Assembly (NCBI GenBank): GCA_964388715.1
Contig: CAYMBN010000001.1
Coordinates: forward strand, 76,962-140,961
Reading direction: 5' to 3'
DNA length: 64,000 bases
Source of the DNA: an uncultured Methanosarcinales archaeon
Lineage (GTDB): Archaea > Nanobdellota > Nanobdellia > Woesearchaeales > CAYMBN01
Numbering within the stretch: position 1 is the stretch's first letter; the number at the start of each line of letters is the position of its first letter. The notes beneath the pieces are model-generated. The model searched no databases and was not told where the DNA came from. It saw nothing but the letters and a program-made list of their open reading frames with translations. Shown here one piece after another: positions 28,413 through 38,450 of the stretch. Position numbers and translations under genes: made by a program.

Positions 28413-29090
28413 TCCTCTAGATCCAACTAAATGGTAGAGTTGGGCAATATTATTTTTATAGTCTCCATTTTTCAATGCTTGGTGTGCTTGTGTTAAAGTT
28501 TTACTTTTCTTAGAAGTTTTTGGATTATATAGTAATGCTTCATGAACAACTCCACTGAATTCCTTTTTTCCTTGTAAAGTTTCTATTAAAATGCCTGTAA
28601 TAACTGCGTTTAGATTAAGTTTGTATAAGAGATTGTTTTTTGATCTTAATGTTACCAAATATTTTAATATTTTTCCTGCTAGATTTTTTTGTTTTAGTTC
28701 AGAAAAATATTTTACTACAGGTTTTTCTACAATGTAATCATATAAAGATCCTTTATAATCTAAACACATTGCAGCAAAATCATTTGTAACTACTCGAATA
28801 CTATTATCTATTAGATCTAATTTATCAGTAATTGTCTTAGTAAGATCATCTCCTTCTTGTTTTGATATAGAACCAAGTGAAGAACTTGTAGGAGTAAGTT
28901 TTTGTTGGGTTTCATCTTCAGCTTGTTTTTTTTCTTGTGTTTCTACTTGTTTTCTTTCTTGTTGACTCTGTTTTCCAGCATTCAAAAGCTCCTGTAGATT
29001 ATATGCTGGTTTATCTTGATCATCATCTTTATTATCTCCAAAAAGATCTGCTAATTGATCCTGAGTTACATAATCTTTATCTCTAGGCAT
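28401..29090 (-). CDS. Hypothetical protein with disordered acidic/Gln-rich N-terminus
   Basis: 229-aa ORF overlapping the upstream RHH gene. Confidence 0.65.
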   Translation of the reverse strand: MPRDKDYVTQDQLADLFGDNKDDDQDKPAYNLQELLNAGKQSQQERKQVETQEKKQAEDETQQKLTPTSSSLGSISKQEGDDLTKTITDKLDLIDNSIRVVTNDFAAMCLDYKGSLYDYIVEKPVVKYFSELKQKNLAGKILKYLVTLRSKNNLLYKLNLNAVITGILIETLQGKKEFSGVVHEALLYNPKTSKKSKTLTQAHQALKNGDYKNNIAQLYHLVGSRGLIE

Positions 29091-29232
29091 CTTTCAGCAC
29101 CTCTTCAAGATATTTGTCAACTGCTAGTTCAATAAGATGAGATTTGTTTCTAAAAGAATTATTAATATCTACGAGTTCTTTAATTCTCAATAAGGTATCT
29201 TGACTTATTGATATTGAGACTTTTTGCTTCAT
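29083..29232 (-). CDS. Ribbon-helix-helix (CopG/Arc/MetJ) protein, 49 aa, absent from the ORF track
   Basis: Hand translation MKQKVSISISQDTLLRIKELVDINNSFRNKSHLIELAVDKYLEEVLKDA; alternating beta strand plus FRNKSHLIE; TATA about 25 nt upstream. Confidence 0.85.
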   Translation of the reverse strand: MKQKVSISISQDTLLRIKELVDINNSFRNKSHLIELAVDKYLEEVLKDA

Positions 29233-29281
29233 CGCAAAAAGTAGGAAAAATTACTACTATATAAAGCTTTTGGTTTTGTTA

Positions 29282-30646
29282 TCACTTAGAAGTAGTGTAC
29301 AATGTTTTTTCTCTAAAATCCTTTAAAATCTTGAAAATAGTGTTTTCTGTCTCTTTGTTTGTCATGTGTTGATTTTTGAAGAAGTAGTATTGTGGAGTGA
29401 GTTCTGGTTGCATGTGTTTTTTTGTGAAGAGTTGTAAGGAAGCATAGCCTTGGATGAATTCTTTGTTCTTGATTTGGAATATTTTGTCTTTGTGTGAGAA
29501 CCATAATGGAGAATTGAGTTCTAAGCTTAGTAGAGATAGTTCAAATTGATTGTTTTCTGTTTTTAGTTTTTGCATTAGGCTGAGGTTGTTTAGCATTTGT
29601 TGTTTGTTTTCAGTTGGTGCGCCGATTATGTATGAGAGAATTGAGTGGATATTATGTTTTTTTGTTAGTTTTAATGTTTTTTTTGCGTTTTTGAGGTAAA
29701 GAGATGGATTAGTTGTTTTGTTATAAAACAATAATGTTTCTGGATTGAGTGATTCTAAGCCAAAAAACATCCAGTTAAAGCCTGCTTTGTTTAGTTTTTT
29801 TGTGATTTGTTTGTTTAGTGTATCAATTCTTGAATATGTTGAGAAACTTCCTTTGATATTTTTGAGAAGTTTTTTACCGAACACGTGATTATTGGTTATA
29901 TGTGAATCCCAAAAACTGATGTGGATGTTGCCGAATCTCTTTTGGAGTAGTTTGATTTGTTTTGTCATGTATTTTGGCGTGTAAGATCTTCTTCTATACC
30001 AAAAACCGTTTTCACTGCAGAATTTGCATTGGAAAGGACAGCCAAAAGAGTTCATTAAGTAAAATTCGTGTTGGTTTTTTAGATTGAAGTATGAGAAATC
30101 AAGTAATGGAAGTTTGTCTAAGTTAAGTAGTCTTCTGGAAGGAGTGTTTATGATTTTTTTGTTTTTTTTGAAAGAGAGTCCTGGGATTGTGTTTGGATTT
30201 TTGTCTTGCAATAACTCTAGTAATGTTAGTTGGCCTTCGCCTCTTACTATAAAATCAAGTTCTGGGATTAATTTTAATGTTTGATCTGGTAAAAAGGTTG
30301 CGTTTTGTCCTCCTAAAAGGATTTTTGTGTTTGGGTTGCGTTTTTTGAATTTTTTTATGAGTTCAATTGTGAATGGCATTGCAACTGTCCATGAACTGAT
30401 TACTAAAAAGTCTGGTTGTGTTTTTTCTATTTCTTGGATTGATTTTTTTAGAATGAATTGTTGTAGTTTTTTTATGTTTTTGTCTAGCTTAAACATTGTA
30501 AAATTGTTAGAATCAATACAAGTTACTTGGTAATTGTGTTGTTTAAGAAATTGTGCAAGATAGGCAATGCTAAGTGGAGGAGGAAGTTTTTCAGTGTATT
30601 TTCTGAATAAAAGCGACGGTGAGAAGAATAATGTTATCTGTTTCAT
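29282..30646 (-). CDS. B12-binding domain radical SAM protein
   Basis: PPLSIAYLA, ILLGGQNAT, RGEGQ, CxxxCxxC (GCPFQCKFC), FGLES, IIGAPTE. Confidence 0.92.
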   Translation of the reverse strand: MKQITLFFSPSLLFRKYTEKLPPPLSIAYLAQFLKQHNYQVTCIDSNNFTMFKLDKNIKKLQQFILKKSIQEIEKTQPDFLVISSWTVAMPFTIELIKKFKKRNPNTKILLGGQNATFLPDQTLKLIPELDFIVRGEGQLTLLELLQDKNPNTIPGLSFKKNKKIINTPSRRLLNLDKLPLLDFSYFNLKNQHEFYLMNSFGCPFQCKFCSENGFWYRRRSYTPKYMTKQIKLLQKRFGNIHISFWDSHITNNHVFGKKLLKNIKGSFSTYSRIDTLNKQITKKLNKAGFNWMFFGLESLNPETLLFYNKTTNPSLYLKNAKKTLKLTKKHNIHSILSYIIGAPTENKQQMLNNLSLMQKLKTENNQFELSLLSLELNSPLWFSHKDKIFQIKNKEFIQGYASLQLFTKKHMQPELTPQYYFFKNQHMTNKETENTIFKILKDFREKTLYTTSK

Positions 30647-31737
30647 TTCACAATTGGAATCTTTAGGTTTTTTACTTGTTTGATGAATTTCTTTCTGTTG
30701 TTTTTGTAGTAATTGTAGATTTGTTTTTTATCACTGGTTTGAATCTTATGTTTCAATGATGAAACATATTCTTCAATCAATATTCGTTTCTGGCCACCGA
30801 ATAGATTAAGGAATTTTTCGTAAAAGTGTATTTCATTGTCAGCTGTTACAAGATTGAAACCCATTGCTAGGAATACGTCTAGGAAATAATTAGTAAGGTT
30901 TCTTATGTCTTGTTTTGGGATTAGGTTTAGGCCAAAGTAAAAGTTTAAGTCATCTCTACCTGAGAATAAGAGGATTGTGCCTAGTGCGCGGATGTGTTCT
31001 GTTACAAAATTAACTCTCTTGTATTCATAACCTTTTTTTAAGAGTTGGTAACAGAAATCAAGTTCTTCAAAACCAAAAAAATAATGTTCATCATAGTAAT
31101 GTTTGCCTTTCATTACCAGTGGAGTTGCTTTGAGTCGCATTAGGTTGAAAGGAACATCTAATGTGATTTCTGGTGAGACTGCTTTAACATCTTTTGTTAA
31201 TTCTTTTTTGCAAATATCAAACCAGTTACAATCATAAACAATGCAATCATCATGGAAGATTGCAATGTATTTTCCTTTTGCAGCTTTTATACCTTTGTTA
31301 TATGCTTTGCTGATGTGTGCGAAATCACTTTTGATTGTTTTTACGTGTTTCATTTTTGGAAAAGCTTTTGTTGAGTTGTTTACTACAATTATTTCATAAG
31401 GAATGTTTAATGTTGAGATAATGCTTGGAATAACTCTGTGCTTAACAAAGTGATGGTTGCCTGAGCAAAGGATTATGCAGCTTAGTGTTGGTTTTTTGTA
31501 GGATTTTATTTTTGTTTCAAAGTCATAACCTAGGACATAGTTTGCAAAGTCAAATGCTTGTTGTTCATTCTTTGCTGTAACAAGAAAATGTTCTTTTTTT
31601 GCTTCGAGTTTAACACCAGAGGATTCTGCTGCATTTAATAGAAGTTGTGTGTCATACCATTGATTATCAACAGAAAAAGTAATGTTTTTCTTTTTCTTAA
31701 ATACAATATCCTTGAGATTGTATACTGAATGATGCAT
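30643..31737 (-). CDS. Glycosyltransferase family 2
   Basis: YEIIVVNN, AYNKGIKAAKGKYIAIFHDDC (DxD-like), FEELDFC. Confidence 0.85.
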   Translation of the reverse strand: MHHSVYNLKDIVFKKKKNITFSVDNQWYDTQLLLNAAESSGVKLEAKKEHFLVTAKNEQQAFDFANYVLGYDFETKIKSYKKPTLSCIILCSGNHHFVKHRVIPSIISTLNIPYEIIVVNNSTKAFPKMKHVKTIKSDFAHISKAYNKGIKAAKGKYIAIFHDDCIVYDCNWFDICKKELTKDVKAVSPEITLDVPFNLMRLKATPLVMKGKHYYDEHYFFGFEELDFCYQLLKKGYEYKRVNFVTEHIRALGTILLFSGRDDLNFYFGLNLIPKQDIRNLTNYFLDVFLAMGFNLVTADNEIHFYEKFLNLFGGQKRILIEEYVSSLKHKIQTSDKKQIYNYYKNNRKKFIKQVKNLKIPIVK

Positions 31738-31803
31738 TGTAAATGGTAAGAATTCAGTGTTTATATTGTTTTTTAGAGAAAATGGATGTTTTTATTACTG
31801 AGT

Positions 31804-32340
31804 TTATGTGAATTTTTCTAAATATCTTTTTTCCATGTATTGAGGTAGATCATTATCTGCTATAAGTTTTATTGTTCTTTCCTCAACTGTTGTAATTTCT
31901 TCACTTTGAAAAATTCGATCTATAAATTCATTAGCTATTTCTGTTAAAGGATCATTATGTGGAAAACTGAATAGCTCTCCAGATTGGACCATTTCTCTAA
32001 TTTTTGCAAGGTCATGATCTGACTCTAATTCAAGTACAGATATTGGACTGTAAGTTAATGTTGCTGCTAATGTTTTATGGGTTCCATCTAATAGTAAATA
32101 TTCTGGTTTAGCATTCATTAATTTTCTATAGAATTGTGTTGCTCCAACTGTATCATTGAATTTTCTTGCTAAATAAGTAGGATCAATTTTATCTTTATGA
32201 GTAACTATACATGGCGGTAGAACATTTCCTTGTCCTTGATTAAATACTCTAAAGTAAACTCTTAAAATATCATCATTCCTTATAATATCACCACTATCTG
32301 GAATGATTATTTGGTCAGATGGTAGTGTTAGTTCTTTCAT
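31804..32340 (-). CDS. Hypothetical protein, possible ParB/Srx-like fold
   Basis: LPPCIV..YLLLDGTHKTLAA resembles the ParB/Srx DGxHR motif. Confidence 0.5.
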   Translation of the reverse strand: MKELTLPSDQIIIPDSGDIIRNDDILRVYFRVFNQGQGNVLPPCIVTHKDKIDPTYLARKFNDTVGATQFYRKLMNAKPEYLLLDGTHKTLAATLTYSPISVLELESDHDLAKIREMVQSGELFSFPHNDPLTEIANEFIDRIFQSEEITTVEERTIKLIADNDLPQYMEKRYLEKFT

Positions 32341-32437
32341 ATTTTGATGAAGGTGTGAGTTATTTATAAATGTTTTGTTTCTTATAAGTGGTAACAAAAT
32401 AGAAAGATTTATAAATGGGAGATTCTGATAATGTTAT

Positions 32438-32920
32438 ATGCCTAAAAAACAAATACCTAAATGTAGATCATGTGGAGCTATTGAATTAGATGGCAAACTT
32501 CTTGGTATACATGAATATAACCCTTATTCATTAGCAAGAGAAGGATATCAATTCCAAGATCAAAGTTATTTATCAAGAGATTGTTTAATAGAATTTTTTA
32601 GAAGTGCTCCTAAATTTATTGATAGATTAATAGAAAGTGTTCGATATGAATCCTGTCCAGAAGTACCACCAGAAATAAAAAACTTAGTTAGAACAACTGG
32701 ATGTGTTTTTGAAGGCGCTAAAATGTTTTTAGAAGATGGGGGAAAAGGAGAATTATGGTTTGTATCCCAAATTAAAGGAGAAAGAATTGGGCAGACATAT
32801 TATGTTCCTCCAGAAAGTGCTTTAGATTCTATTGCATTAAATGCTGGAGACAATGATTATTTTAACGCACCTGATTTAACAGTAGAACAAGTTAGACAAC
32901 ATGGCCGAAGATATATGTAA
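32438..32920 (+). CDS. Hypothetical protein with N-terminal CxxC
   Basis: CRSCG; own TATA near 32408. Confidence 0.6.
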   Translation: MPKKQIPKCRSCGAIELDGKLLGIHEYNPYSLAREGYQFQDQSYLSRDCLIEFFRSAPKFIDRLIESVRYESCPEVPPEIKNLVRTTGCVFEGAKMFLEDGGKGELWFVSQIKGERIGQTYYVPPESALDSIALNAGDNDYFNAPDLTVEQVRQHGRRYM

Positions 32921-32935
32921 TTGAAATTAAGCTTT

Positions 32936-33442
32936 TTAATTATCTTCTACACAACAACCCCATCCTGATCTTGTCTTAGGTTTGTCTTCTGTGGAAGGTA
33001 GTTCAGGCATTTTTATTGATCTTTTTTGAAGGTATTCTCTTAGTGTGCTAATTAACTCGGTTTCTTGTTTATATCCTTGCTCAAAGTTTGCAAGAACAGT
33101 AATAGTACCACATAAATCAGATTGAGGTCCTGTACTAACTGGTATAGTACTATTATAAAACATCAAATATAAATCTAATTTTTCTTTATCTGTTAATTTG
33201 TATTTAGCTATAAGACGGCCATCTCTTAGAGTAATTCCATTATGATCTAAGCTTACTTTTTTTTGCTTTCGTGAATCAATTTGTTCATCAGTTGAGGTTA
33301 ATACAATACCTTTTTCTGCTAGAAAACCAGTAATATCATCAATAGAACCTAATTTATCTTGGATTAGATCTAATTCTGATTTAAACCCCTGTTCAATATA
33401 AGGTAATGATGTTACCCAATGTAATCCTTCTAGTCCATACAT
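32936..33442 (-). CDS. Hypothetical protein
   Basis: 168-aa ORF. Confidence 0.6.
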   Translation of the reverse strand: MYGLEGLHWVTSLPYIEQGFKSELDLIQDKLGSIDDITGFLAEKGIVLTSTDEQIDSRKQKKVSLDHNGITLRDGRLIAKYKLTDKEKLDLYLMFYNSTIPVSTGPQSDLCGTITVLANFEQGYKQETELISTLREYLQKRSIKMPELPSTEDKPKTRSGWGCCVEDN

Positions 33443-33457
33443 ATTATCAATCTCAAA

Positions 33458-34297
33458 TTAGTGCTTATTTATAAATTTTTTTAATCCTAAAGTTATCCAA
33501 GTTGCTAGTACGAATGGTGCTGTTAGTGCTGGGATGAATGTTAATCCAAAGAGATAAGTGATTATTACAGAGAGAATGATTGCGATTAGAGCGAAGACTA
33601 AGTTGTTTAGTTTTTTTCCACTCAGAGCAATTGCGCAAAGCACTGCATTGTAACCATAAATTCCATGATGGGTTAATGTTATTGGAAATGCTAGGATCAT
33701 TGCAGTTAACATTCCTGAAACACTGCCAAATAAACTGTATGTTCCAATTGTTAAACCATTTGCCAGAAGACCAATGTAGAAAAGTATTCCTGTGATTAGG
33801 TTTCCTTGTAACATTACTTGTGAAAAACCAAATGTAAGTGCTGTTAGAATGTTTATTGAAGATACTGGTGGAAAAGTTGAGATTATTGTTGGTGTTTTTA
33901 GGAATGTCATTATTGCAATTACAATCCAACCTGAAATTACAAATGGTGCTGTAAGTGGGTTAAGTTTTCTTGTGTGCATAAAGTTCATGATTAGGACAGA
34001 GATTAGAACACCAATTATTAGGATTGATGTGCTTAGTACAGAAACTTTGTATAAAGTAAATACTAAAATTCCAATTAAGGTTGCATTAAAACCATATTGT
34101 CCATCAAGAATGTCTTGTTTTTTGTATTTTAGTAAGTAAGCTGAGATTGTTGCGATAATGACTGCGATTATTGCACCAATACCAACATAAAGAGATGCAA
34201 AGAATAATCCTAACAGAAAAAAGAATCCTGTGAAAGCATTCTTTTGCAACATTATCTGGCCAATACCTCTGAATAATGTTGTTAGTGTTTGTTTCAT
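33458..34297 (-). CDS. Urea transporter (UT family)
   Basis: Duplicated GIGQIMLQ/GFSQVMLQ, GQYGFNA/GIYGYNA and LTAPFV motifs. Confidence 0.92.
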   Translation of the reverse strand: MKQTLTTLFRGIGQIMLQKNAFTGFFFLLGLFFASLYVGIGAIIAVIIATISAYLLKYKKQDILDGQYGFNATLIGILVFTLYKVSVLSTSILIIGVLISVLIMNFMHTRKLNPLTAPFVISGWIVIAIMTFLKTPTIISTFPPVSSINILTALTFGFSQVMLQGNLITGILFYIGLLANGLTIGTYSLFGSVSGMLTAMILAFPITLTHHGIYGYNAVLCAIALSGKKLNNLVFALIAIILSVIITYLFGLTFIPALTAPFVLATWITLGLKKFINKH

Positions 34298-34335
34298 TAA
34301 GGAAGGGATATATGAAGAATTTAAATGTTTTTTGT

Positions 34336-35541
34336 TCATTTCCAAACAACTGTATCTAGAATGTGTCTGCCTGTTTTTCTTATGACTTTGATTCTTAGGC
34401 CTTTTATTTTGACTACTTGACCGTATTCTGGTACTTTATCTAGTTCGTGTAAGATAAATCCGCCGAATGTTTCGAATTTTTGGTGTTTTTTTAGTTTTAT
34501 CTTAAGTTTTTTGTTGACTTGTTTTAAATCAGCTCTTCCAGAAACTTCCCATTTGTTTTTTTTAAGTTGTTTGATAGAAATAATGTCTGTTTCATCTTCA
34601 ATTTCACCAACTATTTCTTCTAGAACGTCTTCTAATGTGACCAAACCAATTACTTCCTTGTCTTCTATGACAATTGCCATGTGTTTGTTTTTTAATTGGA
34701 ATTCCCTGAGCAAGACATCAATTTTTCTTGTTTCAGGAATGAAAAGTACTGGTTTAATTAATGATTTTAATTTAACATTATATTTTTTACTGTGAATTAC
34801 CCTAAGAACGTCTTTCATATGTATGACACCAATAATATTATCTTTTTCTTTCTTATAAACAGGTATTCTTGTGTGTGGTAATTTAATAAAAAATTCAATA
34901 TGGTCCCTTAACCTATCATTTGCATTCAAAATAACCATGTCAAGTCTACGTGTCATGATATCTTCTGCTGTTACATCGTCGAATTTGAAGATTCTGTGAA
35001 TTAATTGTCTTTCTGATTCTTTGATTTGACCATATTTTTTTCCAACTGAAACATATGATTTGATTTCGTCTTCTGTTATGATTGGTTTCTTTTTTTTGTA
35101 TTTTGGACTAAATAGGTCATAGAATTTTATGATTGGGTAAAAAATAATGCTTAGAAAATATAATGGTTTTGATGCAAATATTGAAAATCCAACATTATGT
35201 TTCATTGCAAATGATTTTGGCATTATTTCACCAAATGTTAATATTAAGAATGTCATTGCAAATGTTGTTATACTAACAACATTGTTTTTGAACAGATCCA
35301 TTGCAACTGTTGTTGCAAATGTTGACGCGCCAATGTTAACAATATTGTTGCCAATTAGGATTGTTACTAGTAAATCATGTGGTTTTTTCTTAAGTTTTTG
35401 TACTATTTCGATACCTGGTTTCTTTTTTCTGACAAGATGTTCAATTTTAAGTCTGCTTAAGGATAAAAGTGCTACTTCAGAAGCTGAAAAGAATGCTGAC
35501 AGTACAATTAAGATGATTAATATGAGTATGTCTGTTATCAT
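34336..35541 (-). CDS. CNNM/HlyC-CorC family protein (DUF21, CBS pair, CorC)
   Basis: SAFFSASEVA, ILIGNN, FGEIMPK, TRIPVY, TLEDVLEEIVGEI.DETD. Confidence 0.94.
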   Translation of the reverse strand: MITDILILIILIVLSAFFSASEVALLSLSRLKIEHLVRKKKPGIEIVQKLKKKPHDLLVTILIGNNIVNIGASTFATTVAMDLFKNNVVSITTFAMTFLILTFGEIMPKSFAMKHNVGFSIFASKPLYFLSIIFYPIIKFYDLFSPKYKKKKPIITEDEIKSYVSVGKKYGQIKESERQLIHRIFKFDDVTAEDIMTRRLDMVILNANDRLRDHIEFFIKLPHTRIPVYKKEKDNIIGVIHMKDVLRVIHSKKYNVKLKSLIKPVLFIPETRKIDVLLREFQLKNKHMAIVIEDKEVIGLVTLEDVLEEIVGEIEDETDIISIKQLKKNKWEVSGRADLKQVNKKLKIKLKKHQKFETFGGFILHELDKVPEYGQVVKIKGLRIKVIRKTGRHILDTVVWK

Positions 35542-35628
35542 TTATGCCTCTTTTTACTAAACAAATGTTTGAAGATATTTAAAGGTTATTGATTAAATTT
35601 AAATATAACAGGGTCTTTTTAGTGTAAT

Positions 35629-36624
35629 ATGGAGATTGCAATAATTGGGGCTGGATTATATGGAACATCTATTGCTAAATTACTTTTTGATAAAGGGCAT
35701 AATGTTAAAGTGTGGGCTTTTAATAATGTGAAAAGAGAAGATATGCCTTTACCTGAGCAGATTGTTGTTACTGGTGATATTGATGAAGTAGTTAATTTTT
35801 CAAAAACAATTATTATTGCATTGAACTCGCCGTTTGTTGTTGAAACATTAAAGACATTTCCTAAGAAAGATTACAATGATCATATTTTGATAAGTACAAC
35901 AAAAGGTTTTATTTTAACTGAACATGAATTCATTACACCGTTAGAAGCAATTAGGCAAACACTTGGAATAAGTACATATGCTAACCTTGTTGGAATTTCT
36001 GGGCCTAATATTGGGAAAGAGATTTATGAAGCAAAAGCATGTGCAACAGTGTTAGCTTGTCTTAACAATGAAACACTTGAAAAGGTTAAACCAATATTTG
36101 ATATTCCAGGCAGATTTAGGATATATACAACAACTGATATTACAGGAGTACAGTTTTGTGGTGCTTTGAAAAATGTTTTGGCAATTGGTTATGGTATAAT
36201 TGATGAGTTGGGTTATGGTGAAAATTTTAAAGCAACATTTATGTCAAGGTCAATCATGGAATTGATTAGGTTTGGTAAGATCTATAAAACACATATTTCT
36301 ACGTTTTTTAGTCCTGCTGGGTTTGGTGATTTGATAAGTACTTGTTTGAAAGGTAGGAATGCGTTTGCAGGAAGAATGTTTGCTCAAGGTAAATCAATTG
36401 AAGAAGTGAGTAAAGAGGTTTATCCAATGGTTCTTGAAGGGCCGAGTGCTGTGAAAACTATTTATGAAGTTGCTGAGTTAAGAAATATTGACATGCCAAT
36501 AACAAAGATGGTACATAAAGTAATTTATGAAGATGTTACCACAGAAGATGCTGTCAAAGAATTACTCGGAAGACCATTGGTAGATGTTGAAGAAGAGTTT
36601 AAATCATTCCTCGCAACTTCATAA
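35629..36624 (+). CDS. gpsA: NAD(P)H-dependent glycerol-3-phosphate dehydrogenase
   Basis: IIGAGLYG, STTKG, ISGPN, DITGVQFCGALKNVLAIG, AGFGDLISTC..GRN, EG. Confidence 0.93.
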   Translation: MEIAIIGAGLYGTSIAKLLFDKGHNVKVWAFNNVKREDMPLPEQIVVTGDIDEVVNFSKTIIIALNSPFVVETLKTFPKKDYNDHILISTTKGFILTEHEFITPLEAIRQTLGISTYANLVGISGPNIGKEIYEAKACATVLACLNNETLEKVKPIFDIPGRFRIYTTTDITGVQFCGALKNVLAIGYGIIDELGYGENFKATFMSRSIMELIRFGKIYKTHISTFFSPAGFGDLISTCLKGRNAFAGRMFAQGKSIEEVSKEVYPMVLEGPSAVKTIYEVAELRNIDMPITKMVHKVIYEDVTTEDAVKELLGRPLVDVEEEFKSFLATS

Positions 36625-37825
36625 CTTTAACTATTTCTGAGATTGCGTAGAGGTATGCGCCTGTTCGCATGTCTACTTTATGTTCTTGGGTTTTATTGTA
36701 AACATTGTTAAAGGCTGTTGTTATTTTCTTTTTTAGTTTTTCATTTACTTCATCTTTTTCCCAGTAATAACCATAATTGTTCTGTACCCATTCAAAATAA
36801 CTTACAGTAACTCCGCCAGAATTAGCCAGGACGTCTGGAACAATTGTTGTTCCATTCTTTAAAAGTATTTGGTCTGCTTCTGGAGTTGTTGGACCATTTG
36901 CAAGTTCAACAATAAGTTTTGCTTTTATATTAGCTGCATTGTCTTTTGTTATTACGTTTTCAAGTGCTGCAGGGATTAAGATGTCAACATCTAGTTCTAA
37001 TAATTGTTCATTTGTTATGTCTTTTGCAAAACCTTTTACAGATCTTGTTGATTTTTTGTGTTCAATTGCTTTTGGTATGTCAATGCCATTTTTGTTGTAT
37101 ATAGCTCCTTTTGAGTCGCTGATTGCAACAACTTTGTAACCTAAGTTGCTTAGTATTAGTGCTGCGTTTGAACCTGCATTACCAAAACCTTGTATTGCAA
37201 TTGTTGGATTTTTTAGATTAAGTTTTTTTATTGCTTGTTCTGTTACATAAACACCGCCTTGGGCTGTTGCTTTATCTCTTCCTTTTGAACCACCAAGTTC
37301 TAATGGTTTTCCTGTGATAACTGCTGGTGTGAATTGTCCAACTAGTTTTGAATATTCATCAACCATCCATGCCATAATTTGTGCGTTTGTGTAAACATCT
37401 GGCGCAGGAATATCTTTCCAAGGGCCAATGTGTGGGTGGATTGCTCGAATAAATCCTCTGCTTATCTGTTCAAGTTCTTTTTGTGAAAGTTGTTTTGGGT
37501 TACAGATAACTCCTCCTTTACCACCACCGTATGGAATGTCTGCAATTGTACATTTCCATGTCATCCAGAAGGATAATGCTTTAACTTCGTCTAATGAAAC
37601 ATTAGGATGGTATCTAATACCACCTTTACAAGGTCCTCTTAGGTCATTGAATTGTACTCGATAACCTTGAAATGTTTTTTTTACACCATTGTCCATTGCA
37701 ATTGGGATTTCAAATTCAAGAATACGTTTTGGTGTGAGTATTAGTTCTTGTGTTTTTTCATCTAAATTGAGTATTTGAGCAGCTTTTTTGAATTGTAGGA
37801 CAGCATTTTCAAATGCAGTTGGCAT
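36599..37825 (-). CDS. gdhA: Glutamate dehydrogenase
   Basis: GPCKGGIRY, MTWKC, PYGGGKGG, DIPAPD, QGFGNAG, ELANGP, GGVTVSYFEWVQN; ATG 37825. Confidence 0.96.
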   Translation of the reverse strand: MPTAFENAVLQFKKAAQILNLDEKTQELILTPKRILEFEIPIAMDNGVKKTFQGYRVQFNDLRGPCKGGIRYHPNVSLDEVKALSFWMTWKCTIADIPYGGGKGGVICNPKQLSQKELEQISRGFIRAIHPHIGPWKDIPAPDVYTNAQIMAWMVDEYSKLVGQFTPAVITGKPLELGGSKGRDKATAQGGVYVTEQAIKKLNLKNPTIAIQGFGNAGSNAALILSNLGYKVVAISDSKGAIYNKNGIDIPKAIEHKKSTRSVKGFAKDITNEQLLELDVDILIPAALENVITKDNAANIKAKLIVELANGPTTPEADQILLKNGTTIVPDVLANSGGVTVSYFEWVQNNYGYYWEKDEVNEKLKKKITTAFNNVYNKTQEHKVDMRTGAYLYAISEIVKVMKLRGMI

Positions 37826-37889
37826 GATATCACCTAAGTTATTGGAGAATCTAGTTGTTTTTATGTTTTGTGGTTGAAAAAAGAAAAAA

Positions 37890-38393
37890 TTATTTTTCTG
37901 GTTTTGCGTATTCTCCAGTAAATACTGATAAAAGATTTTCTTGTTCTGAGGCATAATGCCTTAATTGTTGTAGTAATCCTACTGCTACAGGTTTGATCTT
38001 TTCCTGATATAACTCTGCTGCATTTTTACATTTTTTAAGATAACCATTCTGCACAAAAGTATAAATCAATTCCAATTGTTTTATAACGTCAATTATATCA
38101 AGTTCTTCACCAGACTTTATTCCAGAAAAGTTATCCACTTCTTCCTCAAGTTCACTTGGCGTCATTGATTCCCATTCAAGTATCCTATACTTCTGGTCCA
38201 TTCTTGGATTTGGATCCCTTACTTCAAATGATTCTTCTAATACTTCTGCACCACCTTTTGGAAGTGGATCTATTAAAGGTTCACTATTACCATATCCACC
38301 TTTGTAAGTTCCACCTTGTGGAAGATCTACTAATCCTTTTAGATTTTGAAAATGTTCATCAGAACCACCATCTCCACTAACCATAATTATCAC
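37890..38393 (-). CDS. Hypothetical protein
   Basis: 167-aa ORF. Confidence 0.6.
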   Translation of the reverse strand: MIIMVSGDGGSDEHFQNLKGLVDLPQGGTYKGGYGNSEPLIDPLPKGGAEVLEESFEVRDPNPRMDQKYRILEWESMTPSELEEEVDNFSGIKSGEELDIIDVIKQLELIYTFVQNGYLKKCKNAAELYQEKIKPVAVGLLQQLRHYASEQENLLSVFTGEYAKPEK

Positions 38394-38450
38394 CAGAAAT
38401 AAAGAAACTGTTTGTGTTTTATAAATATTGTTGTGATGGAAAATGGTTAT

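Noticed and set aside
37826..37954. Extended N-terminus of GDH given in the ORF track (similar cases for the antiporter, rpoB'', urea transporter, GT9 and SpoIIM)
   Set aside because: The extensions overlap neighbouring genes or promoters; family similarity starts at the downstream ATG.
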